The notes: a model not told the origin generated them from the sequence alone. A stretch of DNA of 64,000 nucleotides from an uncultured Acidobacteriota bacterium (GCA_963794955.1 CAWCGF010000003.1:262350-326349); one strand, 5' to 3'; numbered from the stretch's first letter, positions 1-10,631 are shown. Numbers and translations are program-made.

Positions 1-1152
1 ATCAAAATAAAGTCTCCCCGCTGCCTCCCAGATACCTTCCAGCCGACGGAAGCGCGCGCCACCTGCGTCAAACCCTTGTTTGAAGACTGCCGACGCCGTG
101 ACCCCGTTTACCGTCGCCGTTGGCGGTAACGGATCGGGATTCGGAATATTGACCCAACTGGTACTCAACGAAACGCCGACGGTTTGATTGATAGCGGTTT
201 CATAGCCATTGGCTGCGGTAACCTTGAGCATCTGAAGCTGGCCTGTGGTCTGCGCCAGATGGCCTGGCTGCGTTGGCCTTTGATCTGGGACAAACCGATA
301 GAGGCCAGACACGTCTCCCTGGTCTTCAGTCAGATAAACAATGCCCGTCGCCGGGTCTACAGCGGCAGCTTCGTGCGCAAAGCGTCCCAAACGAGTCAGT
401 GGCACGGGCGTGGTCAGTTGTCCAGGTAGTGCTGTGGAGGACACCTCAAACACATATCCATGATTCTTTTCTGCGCCAGTCGCTGCCGCCGCCTCCAGCG
501 TTTCTTCGCCGGAAAGCCAGGTCCCCCAAGGGGTCGGGCCACCCGCGCAATTACGAACCGTTCCCACCAGACTCCAGAATTCCCGTACCACTCGCCGCCG
601 CCGTGGATTGTATTCGAGGTTCGTGCATCCACCGCCCGCGAAAGCATCATATGCAAAGTCGCGTGGGCCGTAATGGGTCAGGAGTCGTCCGTTCAAAATT
701 CCGGCGCTCGTTGAGGTGCTGTTGTCAGGGCGAGGCCGCAGACGACTCGGCGGGTCGCTATCTTCATGGTTGCGCACCAGCGCGATGTTCCCGTTTCGTA
801 AGGGAAAGGCCGCCATTCCATCCATGGCTTTGGGTACCGGGTAGCCATCCGTCATTTCCTCTCCTTCGCGGCTGATGATGGAATACCGAAAGCCGCGCGG
901 CAATTCCAACTCTGGCCCCGCCGGGATGAGGCGGCCATAGCCACTTCTGCCCCAAAGATCATGGTCGGCACGCGCTGAGCGGGCTATCAGCCCGGCAAAG
1001 AGACCGCCAGATAAGAGTGTGCTGCCCGCCGTGACGGAGGCGGAACGCGCAAAGAATTGACGCCGATTGAGCTTGTCCAGGATGCCTGGCTCTTCTGTCG
1101 GTGAACCTACAGGCAGCCCAGCTTTTAGAACCTCGTTCTTGTTTGATTTCAT
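1..1152 (-). CDS. Tat-exported PhoX/DUF839-family alkaline phosphatase (3' end runs off the window; not in the ORF track)
   Basis: Manual translation from ATG at 1152 (AAGGAG RBS upstream): MKSNKNEV...LNRRQFFARS (twin-arginine), GYGRLIPAG, DGMAAF, LVRNHE, SLVGTVRNCAGGPTPWGTWLSGEET (PhoX-type motif). Confidence 0.88.
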   Translation of the reverse strand, partial: MKSNKNEVLKAGLPVGSPTEEPGILDKLNRRQFFARSASVTAGSTLLSGGLFAGLIARSARADHDLWGRSGYGRLIPAGPELELPRGFRYSIISREGEEMTDGYPVPKAMDGMAAFPLRNGNIALVRNHEDSDPPSRLRPRPDNSTSTSAGILNGRLLTHYGPRDFAYDAFAGGGCTNLEYNPRRRRVVREFWSLVGTVRNCAGGPTPWGTWLSGEETLEAAAATGAEKNHGYVFEVSSTALPGQLTTPVPLTRLGRFAHEAAAVDPATGIVYLTEDQGDVSGLYRFVPDQRPTQPGHLAQTTGQLQMLKVTAANGYETAINQTVGVSLSTSWVNIPNPDPLPPTATVNGVTASAVFKQGFDAGGARFRRLEGIWEAAGRLYFD

Positions 1153-1697
1153 CACTTTCTCCTTAAGGTGTTGCGTTGATGGATTGGCCCCCGACGGATT
1201 CTCTCTTCACTGAAAAGAACTTCCGTGCAGACCCGTAAACGGACTTTGTGTTCAATAAGAAGCCAAGCGGAACCGATAATCTTTTATCCTCGCCAGTGCC
1301 CTTTCTGATAGCTCAATCCGAAAAGATTTAGGATCAGATGAGCGGCGGAAACCCTGCTAACACCATCGCCTTATTTCATTGTTATAAGAGGTATTTGAGA
1401 GAAAATTAGTTATTTATACTTTGTGCGTCCTAATCTCACAGGCACACGCTACTTATAAGTCAGGAATCCAATCTGATGCAAGGCAGAAGCTAGAAACGGA
1501 TAGGTTTTCTTAGTAGCTGCCAAAGCCACGCCGCATTCTTCCTTCTCAATAGTGCTTTGTCCAATTGAATGCAGGCGCAAAACTACTGCCTGAAGAGTTG
1601 ACTAGCAGCGTTATCATTCCCCTACAAACAAGGGAGAGGGGACAACCGATAAGTGCGAATGTGCTGGGTCACACGACCTTAATTTGAGATGAATCTT

Positions 1698-3149
1698 TTA
1701 TGCCAAAATTGGTTGGATGACATTACCGCCGAAATCCGTCAGGCGTTCATCGCGCCCATTATGCTTGAACGTCAGCTTCCATTGATCCAAGCCGAGCAAG
1801 TGCAAAATCGTCGCGTTGATGTCACGCGGGTGATAACGCTCCCCCACGCATTTGAAGCCGAGTTCATCGGTTTGCCCGATGACTTGTCCGCCTTTGACGC
1901 CGCCGCCTGCCATCCACATCGAAAAGCCTTCGGGGTTGTGATCGCGGCCTTTGCCGTTTTCGGAAACGGGCGTGCGTCCGAATTCCGTGCCCCACACGAC
2001 GAGCGTCGAATCCAGCATTCCACGACTCTTCAAATCTTTCAGCAAACCGGCAATCGGTTGATCCGTCCACAAACTCATCTTGTCATGATTTTCTTTGATG
2101 AGGTCATGCGCGTCCCATTGCGTGCTGACGGGGCCGCCGCCGGAAAAGAGCAATACATTGCGCACGCCGCGTTCCACCAAGCGTCGCGCGAGTAAACAGC
2201 GCGTCCCAAACTCGCGCGTATGCGGACTGTCGAGGCCGTAAAGCTTCTTCGTCGCTTCGGATTCTTTGCTGACATCCACCGCTTCCGGCGCGTGTTGTTG
2301 CATCCGAAACGCCAGTTCATATGAAGCAATGCGTGCCGCCATCTCGCTATCTTCTGCTGCCTGATTCATCTCGTTCATTTTGCGCAAGTAATTGAGCAGA
2401 TGACGCTGCTGCTTACTGTTGCTGTGTGGCGGCGGAGCCAGATGCAGAATCGGCGTCTTGCCATTGCGCAATTGCGTGCCTTGATACAGCGTCGGCAAGT
2501 AACCATTGTCCCACATTGGCGACCCGCCTTCGGGCAAGCCTTCCGGCTGCGTCAGCACGCAATAGGCCGGCAAGTTCTGGCTTTCCGTGCCAAGCCCATA
2601 CGTGACCCAACTGCCGAGCGAAGGATGCCCGGCCAGCACGCGACTCGTCAGCATTTGATACATCGCAGGCGCATGCACGGCACTTTCGGTGTAGCACGAC
2701 CGCAGCACCGCGATGTCATCAATGCACGAAGCGATATGCGGAAACAGTTCCGAAACTTCAATGCCAGCTTGTCCATACTTTTTGAATTTCCACTGACTGC
2801 CGAGCAGCGGTGTGCCCTGCTTGACGAATTGACCTTTGACTTCGCCGAAGGATTTGGGCAATTGCTGTCCGTGCATTTGGTCGAGCACCGGCTTCGGGTC
2901 AAACGTTTCCATCTGGCTTGGGCCTCCGACCATAAACAAATAAATCACCGCTTTGGCTTTAGCAGCGAAATGCGGCGGTTTGGGCGCAAGCGGGCTATTC
3001 GATTGCGGAGTTTGGCGTTTGGCTTGCGGATTGGCAGCGGCTTCCTGCAGAAGCAAGGCCGACAAGGCGAGTGCGCCGAAACCGTTGGCGGATTGGGTTA
3101 GAAATTCACGACGATTGCTGGCAATGGGAATATGGGGAACCCGTTTCAT
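1698..3149 (-). CDS. DUF1501 family protein (Tat signal, sulfatase/alkaline-phosphatase-like fold)
   Basis: NRREFL Tat motif; [64 protein letters not shown] motifs. Confidence 0.9.
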   Translation of the reverse strand: MKRVPHIPIASNRREFLTQSANGFGALALSALLLQEAAANPQAKRQTPQSNSPLAPKPPHFAAKAKAVIYLFMVGGPSQMETFDPKPVLDQMHGQQLPKSFGEVKGQFVKQGTPLLGSQWKFKKYGQAGIEVSELFPHIASCIDDIAVLRSCYTESAVHAPAMYQMLTSRVLAGHPSLGSWVTYGLGTESQNLPAYCVLTQPEGLPEGGSPMWDNGYLPTLYQGTQLRNGKTPILHLAPPPHSNSKQQRHLLNYLRKMNEMNQAAEDSEMAARIASYELAFRMQQHAPEAVDVSKESEATKKLYGLDSPHTREFGTRCLLARRLVERGVRNVLLFSGGGPVSTQWDAHDLIKENHDKMSLWTDQPIAGLLKDLKSRGMLDSTLVVWGTEFGRTPVSENGKGRDHNPEGFSMWMAGGGVKGGQVIGQTDELGFKCVGERYHPRDINATILHLLGLDQWKLTFKHNGRDERLTDFGGNVIQPILA

Positions 3150-3201
3150 AAAGCCTCTCTTTACCTCATGCGTTTTGCGAATGCCGAAAGCGCTGCTGAA
3201 G

Positions 3202-3293
3202 AGGCGTCATGTCATGAGTTCAAGCTTTAGCTTGCTACCCGCCGTACGCCTCTCGACGCTAAAACCAAGCTGAAGCTTGAACTCTTGACGCCT
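3202..3293. repeat. REP-like inverted-repeat element
   Basis: gagttcaagctttagcttg (3216-3234) pairs with caagctgaagcttgaactc (3266-3284) at 18/19; outer arms aggcgtca (3202) and tgacgcct (3286-3293). Confidence 0.75.
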
Positions 3294-3325
3294 GTTTTTC
3301 AAGGTGTTCGCGTCGTTCAGCGCAT

Positions 3326-3700
3326 TCACTTTGCTTTTAAAATAACCAACGTCAAATCATCATCCAGCTTCCGCCCCTCTGCCCATACGTCTGCTTCCGC
3401 TAACAACCGCTCAATGATTTCTTCCGGCGTCATCTGCGCACAAGCCTGTAAACATTGCTCGACACGCTCTTCGCCGAACATTTCATCCGCCGGATTGAAC
3501 AATTCCGTCAAGCCATCGCTGAGCATTACCAACACATCACCCGGCTGCATCTCCGTTGTCCTTTTGCGGTAGCGATGGCTCGTCACGCTGCCCAGCGGTA
3601 AGCCGGTCAGGTTGAAGCGCTACAACATCATCCTGATGAATGATGAACTCTTCCAGGGCTGGCTTGACACGCTCTGCCTGGTTCGACACAATCACGACTT
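3326..3700 (-). pseudogene. C-terminal remnant of a SpoIIE/RsbU-type PP2C Ser/Thr phosphatase
   Basis: TGLPLG...MQPGDVLVMLSDGLTE...EMFGEERV...LDDDLTLVILK; +1 frameshift near 3622; the N-terminal part is absent and the remnant abuts the divergent lysC start. Confidence 0.75.
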
Positions 3701-3730
3701 TTGCGATAAATGACAAAGGACAGATGACCA

Positions 3731-5117
3731 ATGATCGTAATGAAATTTGGTGGCACTTCGGTTGAAGATGCCACTGCGATGCGCCGCTTGGTTTCGATTG
3801 TGCGGCAACAGCTTGAACGCCAGCCTATCGTCGTTGTGTCCGCGATGGCGCGGGTGACGAATGGGTTGCTGGATTGTGCGCGGTTGACTGCCGAAGGCAA
3901 AGACGCGGAGGTGCAGCCGAAGCTTGATGAAATTACGGCGCGGCATTATGCGGCAGCGGACGACTTGGCGTTGCCGGAGGAGCGGCAGGCATTGCGCGAT
4001 ATGTTGCAAACGCAATTTGCCGAACTGCTGCGCACGTTGGATGCCATTCGGCAACACGGCAGTCATCACGCCGGCGCTCTCTGACGGCGTTTCGGCGCAG
4101 GGCGAGTTGCTGTCTTCGTTGCTGGTCGCGGCGGCGTTTCGTGCCGATGGCATCAGCAGCGAACGCATTGATATTCGCCCTGCAATGCGGACAACCGATG
4201 ATTTCATGCGCGCGGCGATTGAATTTGACGTTGCCGATCCGCTATTGCACGAAGCGTTCACGACACAGGTCAAGGCGGGGCGCGTGCCTGTTACACAGGG
4301 CTTCATCGGCTCGACTGCGGACGGGCGCACGACGACGATTGGGCGCGGCGGTTCGGACTATTCGGCTTCGATCATTGGCGCGGCAGTGAATGCGAGGGCG
4401 ATTGAAATCTGGACGGATGTGGACGGGATGATGACGACCGATCCGCGCATCGTGCCGGAAGCCGCAAAGATCAAAACGATTTCGTTTGCGGAAGCGTCAG
4501 AGCTGGCGTATTTCGGCGCGAAGGTGTTGCATCCATCAACACTGCGCCCGGCGATGGTCAAGAACATTCCTGTGTATATTTGCAATTCGCGGCGACCGCA
4601 CGTGCAGGGAACAGCGATTCTGTCTCACGCGCCTGCGTCCAAATCTCCGATCAAAGCCATTGCCTTCAAGCGCGGCATCACAGTGGTGAATGTGGATTCG
4701 GTGCGCATGCTAATGGCACACGGCTTTTTGGCGCGGCTCTTTGAAGTCTTCAATCGGCACGAAACAGCAGTGGATATGGTGGCGACCTCGGAAGTGAGCG
4801 TTTCGATGACACTGGATGATACGCGCCATCTGGATGCTATTATTGCTGACTTGCGGGCGTTCGGCGAAGTGACAGTCGAACGGGATCGCGCGTTGATTTG
4901 TCTGGTCGGTGAGCAGATGAAGTTTACGCCGGGGCTGGCTTCGCGTATCTTTACGCCGTTGCAGGACATCAACATCTCGATGATTTCGCACGGCGCATCC
5001 GCCATCAACGCGAGCTTTGTGATCGAAAGTACGTTGGTGGACGAAGCGGTCAAGCGACTACATCAGGAATTTTTTAGCGAATTGGATGAAGAAACGTTTG
5101 AGAAAGTGAGCGATTAA
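3731..5117 (+). CDS. lysC: Lysine-sensitive aspartate kinase (one +1 frameshift near 4060-4066, probably an artefact)
   Basis: MIVMKFGGTSV, VVVSAMARVTN (ORF 3731) continue after a frame change into SAQGELLSS, TTIGRGGSDYSA, WTDVDG, LAYFGAKVLHP and C-terminal ACT domains (ORF 3924). Confidence 0.92.
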
Positions 5118-5119
5118 AA

Positions 5120-6151
5120 ATGCGATTAACTGAAATGGCATCGTGCGCGGGTTGAGCGGCGAAGCTCACGCCTGGCGTACTCGCTCAAGTTTTGAGCGGA
5201 TTACCAAAGCAACCGCATAACCCAAACCTGTTGGTAGGCTTCGAGCACGCCGATGACGCCGGAGTGTATCTGCTGCGCGATGATTTGGCGCTGGTGCAGA
5301 CGCTCGATTTCTTCACGCCGATTGTGGATGACCCATTTGATTACGGGCGCATCGCGGCGCTGAATTCGATCAATGATGTGTGGGCAATGGGCGGCACGCC
5401 GATCACGGCGATGGCGATCACCTGCTTTCCGCGCAAGGGCGTAGATTTTGCGATCCTCGGCGAAATCATGCGCGGCGGCTTGTCTGTGCTGATGGAAAAT
5501 AATGTTGCCTTGATCGGTGGTCACAGCGTGGACAATGCTGACATTATGTTTGGCTATTCGGTGACAGGCGTGATTGATCCAAAGCAAATCGCAACCAATA
5601 GCGGCGCGCGTCCGGGCGATGTCTTGATCCTGACGAAGCCGATTGGCACCGGCGTGATTTCGACGGCAATTAAGTTTGAAAAATGCAGCGCGGAAGTGGC
5701 TGAAGCCTCTATCAAAACGATGCTCACACCTGCGCGCGAAGCGGCTGCCGCCATGCGGGACTTTGGAGTGAAGGCCGCCACCGACATCACTGGATTTGGC
5801 TTGCTCGGTCACGCGTGGGAAGTGGCAAAGGCAAGTAATGTCACATTTGAAATTGACTCTGCCAAAATCCCGCTGCTACCAAGTGCGCTGGAATTAGCGA
5901 CAGCCGGAATGCTCACGCGCGGAGACCGCGTCAATCGGGAGTACGTTGGCGAGGATGTGGCGATTGATGCGGCAGTTAATGAACCAATGCAGAGCTTACT
6001 CTATGATCCGCAGACAGCGGGCGGCTTGTTGATTTGTATTGCGGAAAATCGGGCGGCTGACTTGCTGAGGGTTTTGCATCACAATTACCCGCAAGCCGCG
6101 ATCATTGGACATGTGGTCGAATCTCAAATCCAAGCGTTATCTATCCTGTAA
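5120..6151 (+). CDS. selD: Selenophosphate synthetase, selenocysteine-containing (UGA at 5153-5155 read as Sec)
   Basis: ATG 5120 gives [25 protein letters not shown], in frame with ORF 5192 ([53 protein letters not shown]). Confidence 0.93.
5154..5186 (+). promoter_or_regulatory. Candidate bacterial SECIS hairpin
   Basis: GAGCG (5154-5158) pairs with CGCUC (5182-5186); upper stem ACGC/GCGU closes a CUG loop whose G (5174) lies 19 nt after the UGA. Confidence 0.65.
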
Positions 6152-6157
6152 TAAAAA

Positions 6158-6187
6158 ACGCGCATTACGATTGAGCGTAATGCGCGT
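6158..6187. terminator. Probable bidirectional intrinsic terminator between convergent selD and the ABC ATPase gene
   Basis: Perfect 12-bp stem acgcgcattacg-attgag-cgtaatgcgcgt, with an A-run on the left and cctttctt on the right. Confidence 0.85.
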
Positions 6188-6212
6188 CCTTTCTTCTCAG
6201 CTATCCTCTGCG

Positions 6213-6971
6213 TTACTTCCGCCGAATATCACGATCAATCATACCGTCGCGGATGAAAATCTCGCGGTGCGCATGCTCGGCGATTTCGGGTTCGTGCGTG
6301 ACCAGGATGATCGTGTTGCCTTGATCGTGCAGATGTTCGAGCAAGGCCATGATTTCAACCGACGTTTTGGAGTCGAGGTTGCCGGTCGGCTCATCCGCCA
6401 GGATGATCGAAGGGCTGTTAACGAGCGCGCGGGCAATCGCGACGCGTTGGCGTTGGCCGCCGGACAGTTCATTCGGGCGATGGGTCATGCGATGACCGAG
6501 TTCGACAGATTCCAACGCTTTCTTCGCCATCTCGATGCGTTTGGCGGAAGGGGTGCCGTTGTAAATCAACGGCAACTCGACGTTATGCAGTGCGGTGGCG
6601 CGCGGCAACAGGTTGAAGGTTTGAAACACAAAGCCGATTTCCTTGTTGCGGATGCGGGCGAGTTCGTCATCGTCCATTTCCGACACCAGCTTGCCATTCA
6701 GCCAATATTCACCCTGGCTCGGCGTATCCAGACAGCCGATCATATTCATCAACGTAGATTTGCCGGAACCGGATGGGCCGATGATCGCCAGATATTCGCC
6801 TCGCTTTACCTCAAAGGAAACGCCCCGCAGCGCGTGAATTTCCTCTTCGCCCATCACGTATGTTTTCCATAAATTCACGGTGCGGATCATGGAATCCACA
6901 CCGACACTATTTTTTGCGGGGCGCGCGGGAGAAGCGGTCGTTATTTGTGTATCAGTCAGCATAGGATTCAT
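6213..6971 (-). CDS. MacB/LolD-type ABC transporter ATP-binding protein
   Basis: GPSGSGKST Walker [16 protein letters not shown] signature, [16 protein letters not shown]. Confidence 0.93.
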   Translation of the reverse strand: MNPMLTDTQITTASPARPAKNSVGVDSMIRTVNLWKTYVMGEEEIHALRGVSFEVKRGEYLAIIGPSGSGKSTLMNMIGCLDTPSQGEYWLNGKLVSEMDDDELARIRNKEIGFVFQTFNLLPRATALHNVELPLIYNGTPSAKRIEMAKKALESVELGHRMTHRPNELSGGQRQRVAIARALVNSPSIILADEPTGNLDSKTSVEIMALLEHLHDQGNTIILVTHEPEIAEHAHREIFIRDGMIDRDIRRK

Positions 6972-6972
6972 T

Positions 6973-7066
6973 GTTATTTGTCCTTGGTCATTTGTCCCTG
7001 GTCATTCGTCAAAAGCCGGATTGACTTGCAAATGACCAAGGACAAATAACCAGGGACGAATAATGA
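6973..7066. repeat. Inverted array of 7/14-bp units (tcatttg/tccttgg family)
   Basis: ttatttgtccttggtcatttg (6974-6994) is the exact reverse complement of caaatgaccaaggacaaataa (7029-7049); related units at 3708-3733. Confidence 0.75.
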
Positions 7067-8560
7067 TTAGCTTTTCGTTGCCTCACCGCTCGGCTTTTTG
7101 TTTTTGTCTTCGAGCTTGATCACAGTGTTATTTTTGAGCGTACGCAGTTGGCGATAAGGGCCGGTAATCAACACCTCACTGCCGCTCAAACCGCTCTTGA
7201 CTTCAATGTCGTTTTCGCCAGTGATGCCGGTTTCCACAGGGGTAAAGACGGCTTTGTTCTCCTTGACCAGAAATACGCCTTTGACAGTTTTCTTTTTCTC
7301 AATGGGCGCGTTGCCAGTGGTTGGCGTAGGGGTTGGCTTGGCTTCCTTGCCCGCTTTGCCTTCCTGGTCAAGTTGCACGGGATCACGTTCGACTAAGGCT
7401 TGCAGCGGAATGGCGATTACGTTTTCGCGCTTGTCGGTGAAAATCGTCGCGGTGGCCGACATGCCGGGACGCAGGCGCTCGCGGTTTTCTGGCGAGAGGT
7501 TAGATAGACGGATGACGATTTTGAATTCCTTCGCTTCCTGGGTGCCGGAGTTGGCGGTTTGCGAAATGTTCTGCCCGGATTTCGTGACCGCCGAAGCCGC
7601 TTTTTCTTTTACTTCACCTTCCAGTTCTTTTTCGCCGAGCGCGTCCACTTTGACGGTGGCGCGTTGCCCGACCTGCACATTGGCGATGTCGGTTTCGTCC
7701 ACGCGAACTTCAACGTTGATGGTGGACATATCGGCAATGATAACGAGCGGCGTGGATTGGAAATTAGCCGTCGCGAAGGTGCCTACATCAACCGGTTTGT
7801 TGGCGATGACGCCTTCGATGGAAGCGAATTGGACGGTCTTGCTCAGGAAGTCAGCGGAACTGCGTAAATTGGCTCGTTGTTGTGCTACGCGGGCTTGGGC
7901 TGACCGCAGCGAGGCTTGCGCTTGATTGACACGTAATTGCGCATCTTTGATTTGGGATTCCACCTGCGCCACGCGCGCTTTGGCCGCATTGACGGAAGCG
8001 GTTGCGGAATCGTAGCGCGCTTTGGCCGTATCAAAGGTGGAGCGGGTTTCAATGCCAGCCTCTACCAATTCGGTGCGGCGTTTGAGTTCGATTTCGGCAT
8101 TGGCTTGATCCACTTTCGCGCGATCTAAATCTGCCTGCGCACTGTTGAGGGAAGCTTGGGCCGTGATAATGGCATTTTCAGCCACGTTGATGGTCGCGTT
8201 TTGATTTTGTACATCTGCCTCGCTGGCGCGCACGGCGGCTTCTTGAATGGAAACCGACGATTCCTGCTGCGTCGGATCAAGGCGCACAATCTTCTGGCCT
8301 TTTTTCACCAAATCGCCTTCTTTGACATACGTGTCGGTGACGCGCCCGCTGACTTCAGCCGTCAGGTTGATAAGCTGGATGGGACGGACTTCACCATTCG
8401 CAGTGACTTTGGATTCCAGCAGATTGCGTTTTTCGACTTTAGCGGTTTGCACTTCGGGGGCATCAGTACGGCGTGCATAGATGCTGGCGATGATGGTGCC
8501 AGCGATGGCAAGGATGACAATCGAGGCAATAATAATCTTTTTTCTTTTCGAGACAGCCAT
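7067..8560 (-). CDS. MacA/HlyD-type periplasmic adaptor (membrane fusion) protein
   Basis: N-terminal TM anchor, AEVSGRV lipoyl half, long coiled coil, [27 protein letters not shown]; start MAVSKRKK with GGAG RBS. Confidence 0.9.
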   Translation of the reverse strand: MAVSKRKKIIIASIVILAIAGTIIASIYARRTDAPEVQTAKVEKRNLLESKVTANGEVRPIQLINLTAEVSGRVTDTYVKEGDLVKKGQKIVRLDPTQQESSVSIQEAAVRASEADVQNQNATINVAENAIITAQASLNSAQADLDRAKVDQANAEIELKRRTELVEAGIETRSTFDTAKARYDSATASVNAAKARVAQVESQIKDAQLRVNQAQASLRSAQARVAQQRANLRSSADFLSKTVQFASIEGVIANKPVDVGTFATANFQSTPLVIIADMSTINVEVRVDETDIANVQVGQRATVKVDALGEKELEGEVKEKAASAVTKSGQNISQTANSGTQEAKEFKIVIRLSNLSPENRERLRPGMSATATIFTDKRENVIAIPLQALVERDPVQLDQEGKAGKEAKPTPTPTTGNAPIEKKKTVKGVFLVKENKAVFTPVETGITGENDIEVKSGLSGSEVLITGPYRQLRTLKNNTVIKLEDKNKKPSGEATKS

Positions 8561-8698
8561 GAATAACTCCAATAAATATTGTGGTGAGACAGCCTAACAG
8601 ATGCGGTATACGAAGACCAAGAATCCCGTGTTCCAAAAAAATGAAGTGCGTAGTAGAGGGCATTCTAGTGGCCGAACTCGTTTCAGACAAGCCGTAGT

Positions 8699-9235
8699 TT
8701 ACGGCAATCGAAGCTGGGCTAGAATTTGAGTTGCCAACGCCTCGGGCGAGGCTTCGGCGGTGACGGGCACGCGCATTTGGGCTTGCTGGTAAAGCGGGCT
8801 TCTTTGCTGATAACGCAGGTTGGCTTCCTCTCTGGTCGGAGCCAATGGGCGCACTACCGTATCGCTTTGAATGCGTTGCCAGCATAATTCAAAAGGCGCA
8901 TCCAGCCAGATTGAAATGCCCGTCAGCGCGACCACCTCGCGGTTGACAGCTTGCGTAAAAGCGCCGCCACCGAGTGCAATCACGACTGCTTTGCCCCGTG
9001 CCGCCTGTTGCAAGCATTCGGTTTCAAGTTGGCGGAAATAGGGTTCGCCTTCCTGCCGGACAATTTCGGCAATCGGTTTGCCTGCGCGGTTGATAATCTC
9101 TTCGTCCAAATCTATGAACGGGGACTTCAGTTGAGCGGCGAGTGCGCGTCCGACCGTTGTTTTGCCAGAGGCCATGAAGCCAAGGAGGAAGAGATGGCGG
9201 ATGGCGGACTGCGGACTGCGGATTATTTGATCCAT
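8699..9235 (-). CDS. aroK: Shikimate kinase
   Basis: LFLLGFMASGKTTVG, FIDLD, GEPYFRQLE, ALGGG, IWLDAP, RPL; probable start MDQIIRS at 9235. Confidence 0.92.
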   Translation of the reverse strand: MDQIIRSPQSAIRHLFLLGFMASGKTTVGRALAAQLKSPFIDLDEEIINRAGKPIAEIVRQEGEPYFRQLETECLQQAARGKAVVIALGGGAFTQAVNREVVALTGISIWLDAPFELCWQRIQSDTVVRPLAPTREEANLRYQQRSPLYQQAQMRVPVTAEASPEALATQILAQLRLP

Positions 9236-9318
9236 AACTTGGCAACGGGAAAGGGAACAATTGGGGAAAGCAACCAGGCCATAAATCAATCCGCAGTCCG
9301 CCATCCGCAATTCGCAAT
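9194..9318. repeat. Inverted pair of ATCCGC(A)-type heptamer arrays spanning the aroA/aroK junction
   Basis: atggcgg-atggcgg-actgcgg-actgcgg-att (9194-9224) and aatccgc-agtccgc-catccgc-aattcgc-aat (9288-9318). Confidence 0.8.
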
Positions 9319-10614
9319 TAACTGATAGAATTCTGGCAAAGACACTGACGCCGCCTCAGCGTCATTCATTTCTGTTTCGCCTTCCGCAATCAAGCCCGCT
9401 ACCGCGAAGGCCATCGCAATGCGGTGATCGCCGTATGATTCTACGCTCGCCCCGCGCAGCTTTTGCGGCCCGGCGATGCGCAAGCCGTCTTCGTACTCTT
9501 CGACGACAATGCCCATTCGTTGCAGGTTATCCACAATCGAACGGATGCGATCACTTTCCTTCACGCGCAACTCTTGGGCTTCGCGGATAGTGAGCGAGCC
9601 ATGGAGTTGCGTGGCCACGACGGCCAGAATCGGGATTTCGTCAATCAGGTTGGCCACGACAGCTCCGCTTAATTCCAAATCTCCCTTGAGTTCGCTGGAG
9701 CGTACGACGAAATCGGCGACCGGTTCGCCGTGTTCCAGTCGTTCATCGGCAATCGTGATCTGTGCGCCGAGTAATTGCAGCACATTGAGCAGTGCATTGC
9801 GTGAAGGGTTGACGCCGATATGTCGAATGCGCAACTCGGCATCGGGCGCAATCAAGGCCGCAGCAATGAAAAAGGCAGCGGAGGACAAATCGCCTGCGAC
9901 TGTATATTCGCCCAGCGCCTCCAACCGCGATCCGCCGGAAAGGGAAATTGCCGTCCCCGCTTCCGTCGGGCGCAGCAGGACAGGGACGCCGCATTCGCGC
10001 AGCATAATTTCGGTGTGGTTACGCGTGGGCGTGGTTTCAATGACCGTGGTTTCGCCCGCAGCAAACAGCCCCGCCAGCAGGACACAGGATTTTACTTGCG
10101 CGCTGGCGACGGGAGGCGTGTAGGTGATGGCTTGCAAATTGCCGCCCGTGATTTGCAGGGGGGCAAAATTACTATCCCGGGCTGCGATGTTGGCACCGAG
10201 TAATCGTAAAGGCTCAATTACACGTTTCATCGGACGGCGTTGAATGCTTTCGTCGCCGGTGATTTCGGTCATGAACTTTTGCCCGGCCAGAATCCCGGAC
10301 AGCAGTCGAATCGTCGTGCCGGAATTGCCGACATCCAGAATTTTTGTCGGCGCTTGCAAGCCGCTCAAACCGACGCCTTCGATGGTGATCAACTCTGGTG
10401 TCCGCGTGATTGGCACGCCTAATGCCGCCAGGCAATCGAGTGTGCTTTGACAATCGCGAGCGGAAGAATAATTGCGGATATTGCTGGTCCCCAGCCCGAT
10501 GGCAGCGAACATCGCGCTGCGGTGCGAAATGGATTTGTCACCGGGTAAATGGAAGTCACCGCGTAGTTTGGTAACGGGCATAATAATGGTTTTAGAAAAG
10601 TTTTGATTCGTCAT
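9286..10614 (-). CDS. aroA: 3-phosphoshikimate 1-carboxyvinyltransferase (EPSP synthase)
   Basis: [69 protein letters not shown]; start at 10614 or 10581. Confidence 0.95.
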   Translation of the reverse strand: MTNQNFSKTIIMPVTKLRGDFHLPGDKSISHRSAMFAAIGLGTSNIRNYSSARDCQSTLDCLAALGVPITRTPELITIEGVGLSGLQAPTKILDVGNSGTTIRLLSGILAGQKFMTEITGDESIQRRPMKRVIEPLRLLGANIAARDSNFAPLQITGGNLQAITYTPPVASAQVKSCVLLAGLFAAGETTVIETTPTRNHTEIMLRECGVPVLLRPTEAGTAISLSGGSRLEALGEYTVAGDLSSAAFFIAAALIAPDAELRIRHIGVNPSRNALLNVLQLLGAQITIADERLEHGEPVADFVVRSSELKGDLELSGAVVANLIDEIPILAVVATQLHGSLTIREAQELRVKESDRIRSIVDNLQRMGIVVEEYEDGLRIAGPQKLRGASVESYGDHRIAMAFAVAGLIAEGETEMNDAEAASVSLPEFYQLIANCGWRTAD

Positions 10615-10631
10615 GAGAAAACACGCTGTCC

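Noticed and set aside
184-955. ORF-track entries 184-429, 273-875, 414-656, 460-714 and 764-955
   Set aside because: They are shadows of the minus-strand PhoX-like gene (1-1152). The same applies to most short antisense or alternate-frame ORFs over long genes throughout the window.
4055-4084. Programmed ribosomal frameshifting in lysC or hslU
   Set aside because: No slippery heptamer or stimulatory structure at the shift sites; the window-wide +1 pattern favours sequencing error.
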